Positions 24,623-34,591 of a stretch of 42,163 nt of DNA are shown piece after piece. Numbering within the stretch: the first letter of the stretch is position 1; each line of letters starts with the position of its first letter. A program made the translations under genes and the position numbers. Below the pieces are notes generated by a model, which saw only the letters and a list, made by a program, of their open reading frames with translations, was not told the DNA's origin and searched no databases. The DNA comes from Candidatus Levyibacteriota bacterium (GTDB lineage: Bacteria > Patescibacteriota > Microgenomatia > Levybacterales > UBA12049): contig JACPTT010000018.1 in assembly GCA_016192645.1 (NCBI GenBank), positions 1 through 42,163 of the forward strand, written 5' to 3'.

Positions 24623-25453
24623 ATGAGGGAATTTTTTCATCACCTTTTTGTGCCGCGTGAGTCAAACAACCATCGCGCGAAATTACTTTCGCACCAGTTC
24701 CTTCTTTTTATTGTTTTTCTTCTTTTTGTTGGACAGTTCTTTCTTCCGGTTATTAAAGCAAACTTTTCTGACGTGTTGGGAGTTTCAACAAATATCTCAC
24801 CACAAGCGCTTCTTATGCTGGTTAATCAAAAAAGGCAAGAACAAAAACTGATACCCTTAACTTTAGACAAACAATTATCTTTGGCGGCAGGCAGCAAAGC
24901 TAGCGATATGTTTGCCAAAAATTACTGGGCGCATAATGCTCCGGATGGCATAACACCTTGGTCTTTTGTCAAAGAATCAGAATACGATTATGTATATGCG
25001 GGAGAGAATTTGGCGAGGGGCTTTACAAAGTCAGAAGAGATCGTAGATGCCTGGATGCAAAGCACAACCCATCGGGATAACCTGCTTTCGCAAAACTATG
25101 AAAATGTTGGATTTTACGCTGCACAGGGAAGGTTGCTGGGAGAAGAGACCACTTTGGTGGTTGCGATGTTTGGCAGTAAGAATATAAATCCGCTCGCAAA
25201 GAGCAGTGCGGTTCCAAGCGGCGAGGTTTTTGCCGTATCTTTAGAAAGAAAGCCTCTTATAAATAGTTTTTCCTTTGCACGTTCAACAGGCGTTGCGATA
25301 CTCTTGCTTTTTATCGTTATTCTTGTTTTAGATCTAATTATTGTTACACGCAGAAAAATTGTGCGTTTGGTTGGGCACAATATCGATCACATCCTTCTTT
25401 TGGGAATTGTTTTGATATTCGCAGTGCTATTTAGTAAAGGAGTTATACTGTGA
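24623..25453 (+). CDS. CAP/SCP (YkwD-like) domain protein with N- and C-terminal TM segments
   Basis: NYWAHNAPDG, YAGENLARGF and AWMQSTTHRDNLLSQNYENVGF are CAP-domain motifs, flanked by hydrophobic helices. Confidence 0.65.
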   Translation: MREFFHHLFVPRESNNHRAKLLSHQFLLFIVFLLFVGQFFLPVIKANFSDVLGVSTNISPQALLMLVNQKRQEQKLIPLTLDKQLSLAAGSKASDMFAKNYWAHNAPDGITPWSFVKESEYDYVYAGENLARGFTKSEEIVDAWMQSTTHRDNLLSQNYENVGFYAAQGRLLGEETTLVVAMFGSKNINPLAKSSAVPSGEVFAVSLERKPLINSFSFARSTGVAILLLFIVILVLDLIIVTRRKIVRLVGHNIDHILLLGIVLIFAVLFSKGVIL

Positions 25454-25713
25454 TTACAAATAGCATTAAAAAACATACCGGCTATTATTTTTCTTTAATT
25501 ATAATCCTTGCTTTAGGAATTTTTCTTTCTCTTCAAACATCAGGTGATAGGCAACTTCAAATGCTAATAATGGTGATGACGGTTTTTTTCTATGTCGCCT
25601 GGGGTATTTTGCATCATCTATTAGAACATGACTTAAATATAAAAATTGTGATAGAATATGTGCTTATAGGGAGCCTGGCGATGAGCATTGTTCTATTTCT
25701 TGTCAGGGGATAA
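25450..25713 (+). CDS. Small hypothetical membrane protein (about 3 TM)
   Basis: 87 aa. The GTG start overlaps the upstream TGA (GTGA). Three hydrophobic stretches. Confidence 0.45.
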   Translation: MITNSIKKHTGYYFSLIIILALGIFLSLQTSGDRQLQMLIMVMTVFFYVAWGILHHLLEHDLNIKIVIEYVLIGSLAMSIVLFLVRG

Positions 25714-25715
25714 TT

Positions 25716-26453
25716 ATGAAGGGAGTAATTCTAGCAGGAGGATTAGCAACGAGACTTCGACCTTTAACCTGGGTTACCAACAAACATCTTTTGCCTATCT
25801 ATAACAAGCCGATGATCTTTTACCCGCTTGAGAGCATGGCTAAGGCCGGTATCAGAGAGGTTTTGCTCCTAAGCTCCCCCGACCATAGCGGGGATTTTGC
25901 TAATTTGCTCAAATCCGGAGAAGAGTTTGGTTTAAACATCTACTATGGTGTTCAGGAGAATCCAAAAGGAGGAATAGCCAATGGAATTTCCTATGCAAAA
26001 GAATTCGCAGAAAACAAGCGTATAGTCGTTATTCTGGGAGATAATATTTTTAATACGGACTTGAAGAAAGCGATGGATAAGTTTAGTCGAAGGGAGCGCG
26101 GGGCTATTGTTTATGGTGTGAAGATGGCAACAGATTCAAAGCAATATGGGGTTATTGAGGTGGATGAAGATGGAAAAGTTTTGTCAATTGAAGAAAAACC
26201 AGAACACCCAAAATCGGATATTGCCCAAACAGGTGTTTATTTATACGATGAGCGGGTTTTTGCTTTTATAAAGCAGTTAAAGCCTTCCCCAAGAGGAGAG
26301 CTTGAAGTGACCGATCTTAATAATCTTTATCTAAGAGAAGGTACACTACAGTGTGAGCTTTTGGATTGGTGGATTGACGCGGGGACCTCATTTGATGAAC
26401 TTTTGCGGGCAAATAACTTGGTTTGCGAAAAAGTAAAAAAAGGAGAATTGTAA
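25716..26453 (+). CDS. rfbA: Glucose-1-phosphate thymidylyltransferase (short-form sugar nucleotidyltransferase)
   Basis: MKGVILAGGLATRLRPLT..NKHLLPIYNKPMIFYPL, with LGDNIF. Sits in an rml context. Confidence 0.75.
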   Translation: MKGVILAGGLATRLRPLTWVTNKHLLPIYNKPMIFYPLESMAKAGIREVLLLSSPDHSGDFANLLKSGEEFGLNIYYGVQENPKGGIANGISYAKEFAENKRIVVILGDNIFNTDLKKAMDKFSRRERGAIVYGVKMATDSKQYGVIEVDEDGKVLSIEEKPEHPKSDIAQTGVYLYDERVFAFIKQLKPSPRGELEVTDLNNLYLREGTLQCELLDWWIDAGTSFDELLRANNLVCEKVKKGEL

Positions 26454-26884
26454 TGGGTATTGGAAAAGTTGAGGATGCAAAGAAAGTTCTAACTTTTGAT
26501 CTGGCAGGCAAAGAGAATGGTTCACTTACTGAACTTTATAAAGATGGCGAAAAGACAGTAGTATATCTCACAGCTACAAAACCAGGAGGGTTCAAAGGTT
26601 ATCACCTCCATCGAGTGAGAGCCACAAGATATACTTGCATGAGAGGCAAGGTGAAAATAATCTTATACAGACCAGGCGATTCCTCCTCAAGAGAAGAACA
26701 CATATTAGATGCTCAACGCCCTCAGCGATTATTTATTCCGAATGATATTGCAACAGGACTTCAAAATATAGGAGAGGAAGAAGTCTGGCTCATCAACTAT
26801 CCAGATCCCCCTTACGATCCGAACCTCAAAGACGAGCAGGTGGAGTATACCCTGGAAGAACTCGAAAAAGGAGTGGTGAAATGA
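26453..26884 (+). CDS. Divergent RmlC-like cupin (dTDP-4-dehydrorhamnose 3,5-epimerase family candidate)
   Basis: Track ORF starts at 26423. ATG 26453 overlaps the rfbA stop (TAATG). GFKGYHLHRVRATRYTCMRGKVKIILY resembles the RmlC GxxRGLH..KLV..xxGxV core. Position between rfbA and rfbB. Confidence 0.5.
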   Translation: MGIGKVEDAKKVLTFDLAGKENGSLTELYKDGEKTVVYLTATKPGGFKGYHLHRVRATRYTCMRGKVKIILYRPGDSSSREEHILDAQRPQRLFIPNDIATGLQNIGEEEVWLINYPDPPYDPNLKDEQVEYTLEELEKGVVK

Positions 26885-27354
26885 TTCAGTGTAGGTTTGA
26901 AAATGGCAGGCAAGCAAATCTTCGACATGTAACAGTAAAGGCTCTCACGGTAGGTGATAATAATAAAGTTTTACTGGTAAAGCGAGCATTAAATCTCCTA
27001 AGAGGAGGTAAATATGATCTGCCGGGAGGATTTTTAGAGAGAGATGAGGATACTCAAGGGTGTGCCCTTAGGGAATTATTTGAAGAAACAGGGATAAGAG
27101 GAGAGATTTTATTTCTTTTTAGAATAAACGATTCTCCTAAGAGACCCAATGAGGATAGACAAAATGTTGATTTTATTTATGTAGTTAAACCTCTCAGTGG
27201 CGAGATAAAAAAAGACCCTGAGACTCTAAGCGTTTCTTGGGTTTCGCCAGATAATTTGCCTCCCGAAGCGGAATTTGCTTTTGATCATAAGGATTCAATC
27301 CTTCGATACCTTTCATATTTAGAAAAACCATTTCCATTGCCAATTTTAGGTTAA
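26881..27354 (+). CDS. NUDIX hydrolase
   Basis: Nudix box GGFLERDEDTQGCALRELFEETGI. Embedded in the sugar-nucleotide cluster. Confidence 0.75.
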   Translation: MIQCRFENGRQANLRHVTVKALTVGDNNKVLLVKRALNLLRGGKYDLPGGFLERDEDTQGCALRELFEETGIRGEILFLFRINDSPKRPNEDRQNVDFIYVVKPLSGEIKKDPETLSVSWVSPDNLPPEAEFAFDHKDSILRYLSYLEKPFPLPILG

Positions 27355-27359
27355 AAAAT

Positions 27360-28349
27360 ATGAAACTTTTAGTGACTGGCGGAGCGGGATTTATTGGATC
27401 TAATTTTATTCTTTATTGGATGAAGCGCTATCCAAATGACCAGATTGTTAATTTGGATAAGCTAACCTATGCGGGAAACTTAGAAAACCTTAGAAAGGTT
27501 GAAAAAAATCCTAGCTACAAATTTATCCAGGGAGACATATGCAATCCCAAAGTTGTTGAACAAGCAATTCAAGGCATTGAAGTTGTGGTTCATTTTGCTG
27601 CGGAAAGCCACGTGGATCGCTCAATAATGGAGCCTGCGCCTTTTGTTATGACCAATGTGGTAGGTACCCAAATTCTTTTGGACGCCGCACTAAAACATAA
27701 AATAAAGCGATTTCACCATGTTTCAACAGACGAGGTTTACGGGAGTCTTAGCCTTGAAGAGGCAAAAAAATTTGATGAAGAGACAAAATATAATCCAAGA
27801 AGTCCTTATGCGGCAAGCAAGGCTGCCTCAGATCATTTGGTTCGTGCCTATTTTATAACCTATGGTTTGCCAATCACAATTACCAATTGCTCAAATAATT
27901 TTGGTCCTTACCAATTTCCTGAAAAACTAATTCCGCTTGCAATTACAAACCTTTTGGAAAATAAAAAAGTGCCGGTCTATGGGGACGGCCTTTATGTTCG
28001 TGATTGGTTGTATGTTGAGGATCACTGCCGAGCAATTGAGGTGGTTCTTCAAAAAGGGAAAGCAGGAGAGACATACTGCGTTGGCGGCGTAACTGCGGAT
28101 ATCAATAATCTCGAAGTGGTTAAAAAGATCTTTAAGATTTTAGGGAAAAGCGAGGACATGGTTGAGTTTGTTAAGGATCGTCCAGGGCATGATAGAAAGT
28201 ACGCAATTGACTGGTCAAAGATAAAAAGAGAATTAGGTTGGCAGCCCGAACATAGTTTTGATGAATGGCTTGCGGAGACGGTTGAATGGTATAAAAGGAA
28301 TAAAAATTGGTGGGAGAGAGTAAAAAGCGGAAAATATGGAAAATTATGA
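27360..28349 (+). CDS. rfbB: dTDP-glucose 4,6-dehydratase
   Basis: VTGGAGFIGSNF, HFAAESHVDRS, STDEVYG and YAASKAASDHL, with a typical C-terminal region. Confidence 0.85.
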   Translation: MKLLVTGGAGFIGSNFILYWMKRYPNDQIVNLDKLTYAGNLENLRKVEKNPSYKFIQGDICNPKVVEQAIQGIEVVVHFAAESHVDRSIMEPAPFVMTNVVGTQILLDAALKHKIKRFHHVSTDEVYGSLSLEEAKKFDEETKYNPRSPYAASKAASDHLVRAYFITYGLPITITNCSNNFGPYQFPEKLIPLAITNLLENKKVPVYGDGLYVRDWLYVEDHCRAIEVVLQKGKAGETYCVGGVTADINNLEVVKKIFKILGKSEDMVEFVKDRPGHDRKYAIDWSKIKRELGWQPEHSFDEWLAETVEWYKRNKNWWERVKSGKYGKL

Positions 28350-29212
28350 AGATTTTAGGAACAGGATTATCAGGGCTTGTAGGATCTCGAATTATAGAGC
28401 TTCTTAAAGAGAGACATGAGTTTGATTCTTCAGAGGTTGACATAACAGATAGAGACAAGATCACTGAGAAGATTAAAACATCAAATGCTTCAATAGTTCT
28501 TCATTTGGCCGCAAAAACAGACGTTGATGGTTGCGAGATCGATAAAGACTCAAAAGAACAAGGAGAAGCTTGGAGAGTTAATGTTTTGGGAACCAAAAAT
28601 GTGGCACTTGCCTGTTCAATAAGCAATAAAAAACTTATCTATATTTCAACAGATTTTGTTTTTGATGGAGAAAATTCGCTAGCTGATGGGTATAAAGAGG
28701 AAGATCGGCCGAATCCTATTAATTGGTACGGTCAGACAAAATATGGAGGAGAGAAAATTGTTCAAAACTCAAATTTGCCTTGGTTGATAGTTCGAATCGC
28801 CTATCCCTATCGCGCAAATTTTGCAAAGGGTGATTTTGCAAGAGGTATTATTGCAAAACTCAAAAGGGCAGAAAAGATCAGCGCAATTACCGATCATATT
28901 ATGACACCAACTTTTATTGACGATATTGCATACGCTTTAGATATAATTATTCAAAGAAATGTAACTGGAATTTTTCATCTTGTTGGCAGCCAATTTATCT
29001 CCCCATTTGAAGCCGCAGTTTTAATTTCAAACATTTTTAATTTTGATAAAAATCTTATTCAAAAAACAACGCGCGGTAAGTATTTTAAAGATAGGGCGCA
29101 AAGACCCTTTCGGCTCGCGCTTAAAAATGATAAAATACAACAATTGGATATTAAAATGAGAACTTTTGAAGAAGGGTTGGACGAGATAAAAAAACAAATG
29201 GAAAGCCTATGA
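28346..29212 (+). CDS. rfbD: dTDP-4-dehydrorhamnose reductase
   Basis: Track ORF starts at 28307. ATG 28346 overlaps the rfbB stop (ATGA). MKILGTGLSGLVGSRI, ISTDFVFDG and YGQTKYGGE follow the RmlD pattern. Confidence 0.7.
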   Translation: MKILGTGLSGLVGSRIIELLKERHEFDSSEVDITDRDKITEKIKTSNASIVLHLAAKTDVDGCEIDKDSKEQGEAWRVNVLGTKNVALACSISNKKLIYISTDFVFDGENSLADGYKEEDRPNPINWYGQTKYGGEKIVQNSNLPWLIVRIAYPYRANFAKGDFARGIIAKLKRAEKISAITDHIMTPTFIDDIAYALDIIIQRNVTGIFHLVGSQFISPFEAAVLISNIFNFDKNLIQKTTRGKYFKDRAQRPFRLALKNDKIQQLDIKMRTFEEGLDEIKKQMESL

Positions 29213-30498
29213 CCATCACTTTTATAGGACATGGGTACGTTGGACTTGTGACTGCTTCTGTTTTTGCCGAACTTGGCAACGCAGTGTGGGTAATAGGGCA
29301 TACCAAAGAAAAAATTAAGAACCTACAAAAAGGAATAATCCCTATTTATGAGCCTGGACTTGAAGAGATCGTAAGACGAAATCTAAAGGCAAAAAGGCTC
29401 CGCTTTACCTTGGATTATCATGAGGCAATTCCGCAGTCGCAGGCAGTCTTTATAGCGGTTGGGACTCCTCCAAAAGAAAATGGCGAAGCTAACTTATCTG
29501 TTGTTTTTGAAGTGGCAGAGAAGATTGGGAAACATTTAGATGGATATAGCGTAGTTGTGACGAAAAGTACGGTTCCGGTTGGAACAAATAAAAAAATAAA
29601 AGCGGCTATAGAAAAAGTGAAGCCACAAAAAACTACGTTTGACGTGGCTTCGGTTCCTGAATTTTTACGAGAAGGACAAGCAATTTCAGACACACTGCGT
29701 CCCGATCGAATCGTAATCGGAACGGATTCAAAGCAGGCGCAAGAATTGCTAATGGAACTGCATAAGCCAATTGACGGAACGTTTGTTTTAACAAATGTTG
29801 AAACAGCAGAAATGATAAAGTATGCGGCAAATGCGTTTTTGGCAACCAAGATTTCTTTTGCAAATGCGATTGCTAAGCTTTCCGAGCTTGCAGGAGCAGA
29901 CGGGTTAAAAGCTTTAGAGGCTGTCGGTCTTGATAAGAGAGTAGGAAGCGAATTTCTTTCTCCGGGCGCTGGTTATGGCGGTAGCTGTTTCCCAAAAGAC
30001 GTAAAGGCCCTAATTGCAATTGCCAAACAATACGGATATGAATTTACTCTTCTAAAAGATGTTGAGAAGGTAAATCAAGATGCAATGCGAGAAATTGTTC
30101 AGAAGGCAAAAAAACTTCTCGGCAATGTATCTGGTAAAAAGGTTGGAGTTTTGGGTTTATCATTTAAGCCTGACACTGACGACATGCGCGACGCTCCTTC
30201 AATTACAGTGATCGAAAAACTTCAGAGAGAAGGAGCAATAATTAGAGCGTACGATCCGGTAGCGGCGGAAAATGCAAAAAAGATTCTTAAAAAAGTTGTT
30301 TTTTGTGCTAATCCTTATGAAGTTGCGAAAGATGCGGACATACTTATAGTTATGACAGAATGGAATGAGTTTCAACAGCTTGATTTGCAAAAAGTAAAAC
30401 AGATTATGAAGACAGCGATTATCCTTGACGGCAGAAATATATACGACCCCCAAAAGGTTAAAAAAGCAGGATTTGTATATCAGGGTGTAGGAAGGTAG
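29209..30498 (+). CDS. ugd: UDP-glucose 6-dehydrogenase
   Basis: IGHGYVGLVTASVFAELG, PEFLREG, GGSCFPKD (catalytic Cys) and FKPDTDDMRDAP. Confidence 0.85.
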   Translation: MTITFIGHGYVGLVTASVFAELGNAVWVIGHTKEKIKNLQKGIIPIYEPGLEEIVRRNLKAKRLRFTLDYHEAIPQSQAVFIAVGTPPKENGEANLSVVFEVAEKIGKHLDGYSVVVTKSTVPVGTNKKIKAAIEKVKPQKTTFDVASVPEFLREGQAISDTLRPDRIVIGTDSKQAQELLMELHKPIDGTFVLTNVETAEMIKYAANAFLATKISFANAIAKLSELAGADGLKALEAVGLDKRVGSEFLSPGAGYGGSCFPKDVKALIAIAKQYGYEFTLLKDVEKVNQDAMREIVQKAKKLLGNVSGKKVGVLGLSFKPDTDDMRDAPSITVIEKLQREGAIIRAYDPVAAENAKKILKKVVFCANPYEVAKDADILIVMTEWNEFQQLDLQKVKQIMKTAIILDGRNIYDPQKVKKAGFVYQGVGR

Positions 30499-30507
30499 TA
30501 ATGGCCT

Positions 30508-31470
30508 ATGAAAAAAAGGGTTTTTATCACCGGGATCTCTGGGTTTGCCGGAAGCCACCTAGCTCAGCATTTGCTTTCTCAGAACATTTACGAGGTAAGC
30601 GGAACATTCTTGTCAGAGAGCAGTCTTGAGAATTTAAGAGAAATCGAGGATAAACTTAATCTAGAAAAGGTAGATCTTACAAATAGAAAGAGGATTGAAG
30701 TTCTTATCGGATCTAAAAAACCTCAGTTAGTATTTCATTTGGCTGCTCTTGCTTCTCCTGCGTATAGCTTTGAATATCCAGCAGAAACAATTACAAATAA
30801 TATTGCAATTCAAATTAATATTTTAGAAGCAATAAGAAAAGCCAATCTTAAAAGCTGCCGTATTTTAATAGTTTCATCGGCAGATGTCTATGGGGCTGTT
30901 ACCAAGAAAGACTTACCAATCGATGAAGAAACCCCATTTAGACCGACAAATCCCTATGCCGTTTCAAAAATTACACAAGATTTTTTGGGTCTTCAGTATT
31001 TTTTCTCTTATAACTTAAGCATTGTTCGAGTTCGATCGTTTAATCACATTGGTCCAAGGCAGTCTGCGGATTTTGTCGTTTCTTCTTTTGCCAAAAAAAT
31101 TGCAGAGATTGAGAAAGGAAAAAAGGAGCCGGTTTTAGCCGTTGGTAATCTTGAAGCAAAAAGAGACCTTACAGATGTAAGGGATATAGTTAAAGCTTAC
31201 AGCTTAATTGCAAAAAAGGGTAAGATAGGCGATGCTTATAACTTAGGTTCAGGAGTTTCTTATAAAATAGCGGATATTTTAGAGTGGTTACTTTCTTTTT
31301 CCAAAAAAAAGATAAAAGTTGTAAGCGACCCTTCTTTATTTCGGCCCGTTGATACTCCAGAACTCTTATGCGACAATCGCAAAATAAGAAAAGCAATAGA
31401 TTGGAAGCCAACAATTTCTATAGCGGAGACCTTAAAAGACACGCTGGATTATTGGAGGAATATCGTCTAA
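30508..31470 (+). CDS. NAD-dependent sugar epimerase/reductase, likely GDP-4-keto-6-deoxy-D-mannose reductase (Rmd-like)
   Basis: [21 protein letters not shown] (YxxxK). Sits directly upstream of gmd. Confidence 0.5.
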   Translation: MKKRVFITGISGFAGSHLAQHLLSQNIYEVSGTFLSESSLENLREIEDKLNLEKVDLTNRKRIEVLIGSKKPQLVFHLAALASPAYSFEYPAETITNNIAIQINILEAIRKANLKSCRILIVSSADVYGAVTKKDLPIDEETPFRPTNPYAVSKITQDFLGLQYFFSYNLSIVRVRSFNHIGPRQSADFVVSSFAKKIAEIEKGKKEPVLAVGNLEAKRDLTDVRDIVKAYSLIAKKGKIGDAYNLGSGVSYKIADILEWLLSFSKKKIKVVSDPSLFRPVDTPELLCDNRKIRKAIDWKPTISIAETLKDTLDYWRNIV

Positions 31471-31484
31471 AATTAAAAATAAAC

Positions 31485-32459
31485 ATGAAAAAAGCTTTAA
31501 TTACGGGTATAACAGGACAAGACGGTTCGTATCTTGCCGAGTTATTGCTTTCTAAGGAGTATAAGGTTTATGGTTTAACCAGGCGAACAAGCACTGTTAA
31601 TAATGAAAGAATTGCGCATATTCAGGACAAAATAGAGTTGGTTCAAGGTGATCTTCTTGATCAAAGTTCATTAGCCTCCGCCCTTATGGAAACAGAACCA
31701 GATGAGGTTTATAATTTAGCAGCTCAGTCATTTGTGAAGACTTCATGGAATCAGCCGGTACTTACAGGAGAATTTACAGCACTTGGCGTAACCCGTATTC
31801 TTGAGGCGATACGGGTAGTAAATCCAAAGATAAAATTTTACCAGGCTTCATCTTCTGAAATGTTTGGAAAAGTGACCGAAAGTCCGCAGAAGGAAACAAC
31901 GCGGTTTCATCCCAGAAGTCCCTATGGCGTTGCTAAGGTATACGGACATTACATAACGGTTAACTACAGGGAAAGCTACGGGATTTTTGCCTGTTCCGGG
32001 ATTCTTTTTAACCACGAATCGCCTAGGCGAGGATTAGAGTTTGTAACGCGTAAAATAAGCCATGCAGCGGCACGAATTAGTCTCGGCAGGCAGGAAAAGT
32101 TACATCTTGGCTCATTACAGCCAAAAAGAGATTGGGGATTTGCCGGTGATTATGTAGAAGCAATGTGGCTTATGCTTCAACAAAAAGAAGCAGATGATTA
32201 TGTTGTTGCAACTGGAGAAAATCATTCTGTTAGGGATTTTGTCGAATCGGCTTTTAAGTTCGTTGGCATCAAAGAATGGGAAAAACATGTGGTAGCAAAT
32301 CGGCAAGAGCATTTAAGACCTGCAGAAGTAGATTATCTTGTTGGTGATTATACTAAAGCAAAAAGAATTTTAGGATGGGAGCCAAAAACTAGCTTCAAAG
32401 AGTTAGTCGAGATGATGGTCAAGGCAGACCTTGAGCTTGAGAGGAGAAACAACAAATAG
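31485..32459 (+). CDS. gmd: GDP-mannose 4,6-dehydratase
   Basis: Track ORF starts at 31368, inside the previous gene. ATG 31485 gives the canonical [22 protein letters not shown], then [16 protein letters not shown] and NHESPRRG. Confidence 0.85.
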   Translation: MKKALITGITGQDGSYLAELLLSKEYKVYGLTRRTSTVNNERIAHIQDKIELVQGDLLDQSSLASALMETEPDEVYNLAAQSFVKTSWNQPVLTGEFTALGVTRILEAIRVVNPKIKFYQASSSEMFGKVTESPQKETTRFHPRSPYGVAKVYGHYITVNYRESYGIFACSGILFNHESPRRGLEFVTRKISHAAARISLGRQEKLHLGSLQPKRDWGFAGDYVEAMWLMLQQKEADDYVVATGENHSVRDFVESAFKFVGIKEWEKHVVANRQEHLRPAEVDYLVGDYTKAKRILGWEPKTSFKELVEMMVKADLELERRNNK

Positions 32460-32462
32460 GAT

Positions 32463-33425
32463 ATGCAAACGGCTTTAGTATCTGGAGGCGCCGGTTTTAT
32501 TGGTTCGCATTTATGCAAAAGACTGCTGCAAGACGGATGCAAAGTTATCTGCGTTGATAATCTGATAACCGGAAGCAAAGAGAATGTAAAAGATTTATTG
32601 CTAATTCCTCAGTTTAAGTTTATTGAACAAGATATCGCAAAGCCAATCCGCCAGCTGCCGGATCAAAAGTCAAAAGTAGATTACATCTTCCATCTGGCTT
32701 CGCCAGCCTCGCCCAATAAGAAAAGTAGGCGGAGTTATATAAATTATCCTATCGAAACACTTCTTGCTAATTCGGTTGGAACATATAATCTGCTTGAATT
32801 GGCTAAGAAAAAATCAGCTAGATTTCTTTATGCTTCGTCATCAGAAGTGTATGGAGACCCGGCTATTTCTCCTCAAAAAGAGGAGTATTTTGGGAATGTA
32901 AACCCCGTTGGTGTTCGTTCTGTTTATGATGAAGGGAAGAGGTTTGGAGAGGCAATTACAATGGCATATGTTAGAAAACACAATCTTGATGCAAGGATTG
33001 TTCGGATTTTCAACACGTACGGACCTCAAATGCAGAGAGATGATGGTCGAGTTGTTTCAAACTTTATTAATCAAGCCATTGCAAATGAGCAAATCACGAT
33101 TTATGGGGACGGAAAACAGACGCGAAGCTTCTGCTATATTGACGATATGATCGAGGGAATTTTAAAGGCAATGCTTATTGAGAAGGTGAGAGGAGGGGTG
33201 GTTAATCTTGGTAATCCTGACGAGCGAACAATTCTTGAACTTACTATTCTAATTAAGAAGATGGCAAATTCTCAATCAAAGATTGTGCATGAGGAAGCTT
33301 CGGAGGATGATCCAAAAAGACGAAAGCCCGACATTACCAAAGCAAAAAGAATCTTGGGTTGGGAACCAAAATTGGGGTTAGAAGAAGGTCTAACAAAGAC
33401 TATTCAATATTTTCAAAGTATATGA
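32463..33425 (+). CDS. UDP-glucuronate decarboxylase (UDP-xylose synthase)
   Basis: VSGGAGFIGSHLC, VICVDNLITGSKENV, ASSSEVYGDP, YDEGKRFGE and RIFNTYGP. Follows ugd in pathway logic. Confidence 0.8.
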   Translation: MQTALVSGGAGFIGSHLCKRLLQDGCKVICVDNLITGSKENVKDLLLIPQFKFIEQDIAKPIRQLPDQKSKVDYIFHLASPASPNKKSRRSYINYPIETLLANSVGTYNLLELAKKKSARFLYASSSEVYGDPAISPQKEEYFGNVNPVGVRSVYDEGKRFGEAITMAYVRKHNLDARIVRIFNTYGPQMQRDDGRVVSNFINQAIANEQITIYGDGKQTRSFCYIDDMIEGILKAMLIEKVRGGVVNLGNPDERTILELTILIKKMANSQSKIVHEEASEDDPKRRKPDITKAKRILGWEPKLGLEEGLTKTIQYFQSI

Positions 33426-34591
33426 AAGTGGTTATTATCGTGCCAACCTATAACGAAAAGGGCAATATTGAGCGGCTCATTCCGATTCTTGAGGAAAAAA
33501 TATTCCCCGTTATCAAAAATCATAAGATGCATGTTTTGGTGGTGGATGATAATTCTCCTGATGGGACAGCCGATGAGGTAAAAAAGCTCATGAAAAAATG
33601 GGACAATATTAGTTTGAGTATTGGCGAGAAGCGGGGATTGGGGGCGGCATATGTTCGGGGAATGAACTACGCAACTACGGAAATGGGCGCAGAGGTTATG
33701 TTTGAAATGGACGCCGATTTGTCTCACGAGCCCAAAAAAATTCCGGAGTTTTTAGAAAAGATTGATGAGGGGTACGATCTTGTTATTGGAACAAGATATA
33801 GCGGTGGGGGATCAATTCCTCACAACTGGGGTTTGCATAGAAAACTGTTTTCTATCTTTGGCAATTTATTGGTTCGCACAATTCTTACAAGGTTTTGGAT
33901 TCATGATTGGACAGGAGGATTTCGCGCGCTTAGAAAAGAGGTATTTCTAAAAGAAAAAGCGGAACTAACAGCATTTCGAGGATATACTTTTCAGGTTTCT
34001 TTTTTGCATAAGGCAATAAGAGACGGATTCAAAATTACAGAAGTTCCCATTCATTTTACCGATAGAACCCTAGGGCGCTCAAAAATTGCGCCAAGAGAGT
34101 ATATTGCAGATCTTCTTAAATATATCTTAAAGGCAAGATTTTTTGAAATACTTTACTCCCCGTTTTTTAAATATGCAATCACCGGATTTTTTGGATACCT
34201 AATTAATGCGATAAGCCTTGAAGTATTTAAGGGTTATTTTGGTTTACATTCGGGTGCAGCGGGAGCTTTAGGGGCAGAACTCGCAATTATTTGGAATTTT
34301 ACCCTGAATAATTTTTGGGCATTCTCGCGCTATAAAATAACAGCAACACAAAAAATTCCTTTGAAATTCTTTCAGTTTAATCTAGTATCTTTTGGTTCGG
34401 TTCTAATTATTGGCGGAGTAATAACGGTAGGTACGGCACTTTTCGGCGATACTCGTTTTGTAAGGCAGTTATTTCTTATTGCTGCAATAGGTTTTTTTGT
34501 TATTCCCTATAGTTACTCCATGTATAATATCTTTATATGGAAAAGATGGCACATTTCTTTCCTCTCAAGACTCCAAGAATTGGTTGGGTGA
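33422..34591 (+). CDS. Polyprenyl-phosphate sugar synthase (GT2, Dpm1/Ppm-like) fused to a C-terminal GtrA-like membrane domain
   Basis: ATG 33422 overlaps the upstream TGA (ATGA). VVIIVPTYNEKGNI and VVDDNSPDGT, EMDADLSH. The C-terminal four TMs with ELAIIWNFTLNNFWAF are GtrA-type. Confidence 0.75.
   Translation: MKVVIIVPTYNEKGNIERLIPILEEKIFPVIKNHKMHVLVVDDNSPDGTADEVKKLMKKWDNISLSIGEKRGLGAAYVRGMNYATTEMGAEVMFEMDADLSHEPKKIPEFLEKIDEGYDLVIGTRYSGGGSIPHNWGLHRKLFSIFGNLLVRTILTRFWIHDWTGGFRALRKEVFLKEKAELTAFRGYTFQVSFLHKAIRDGFKITEVPIHFTDRTLGRSKIAPREYIADLLKYILKARFFEILYSPFFKYAITGFFGYLINAISLEVFKGYFGLHSGAAGALGAELAIIWNFTLNNFWAFSRYKITATQKIPLKFFQFNLVSFGSVLIIGGVITVGTALFGDTRFVRQLFLIAAIGFFVIPYSYSMYNIFIWKRWHISFLSRLQELVG

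Noticed and set aside
31368-31484. Long N-terminal extensions proposed by the ORF track (gmd 31368, GT2 33359, rfbD 28307, cupin 26423, ftsX 20060, DUF4446 37275)
   Set aside because: The extensions overlap the preceding gene and lack family-typical sequence. Internal ATGs give canonical N-termini and classic ATGA/TAATG stop-start coupling.
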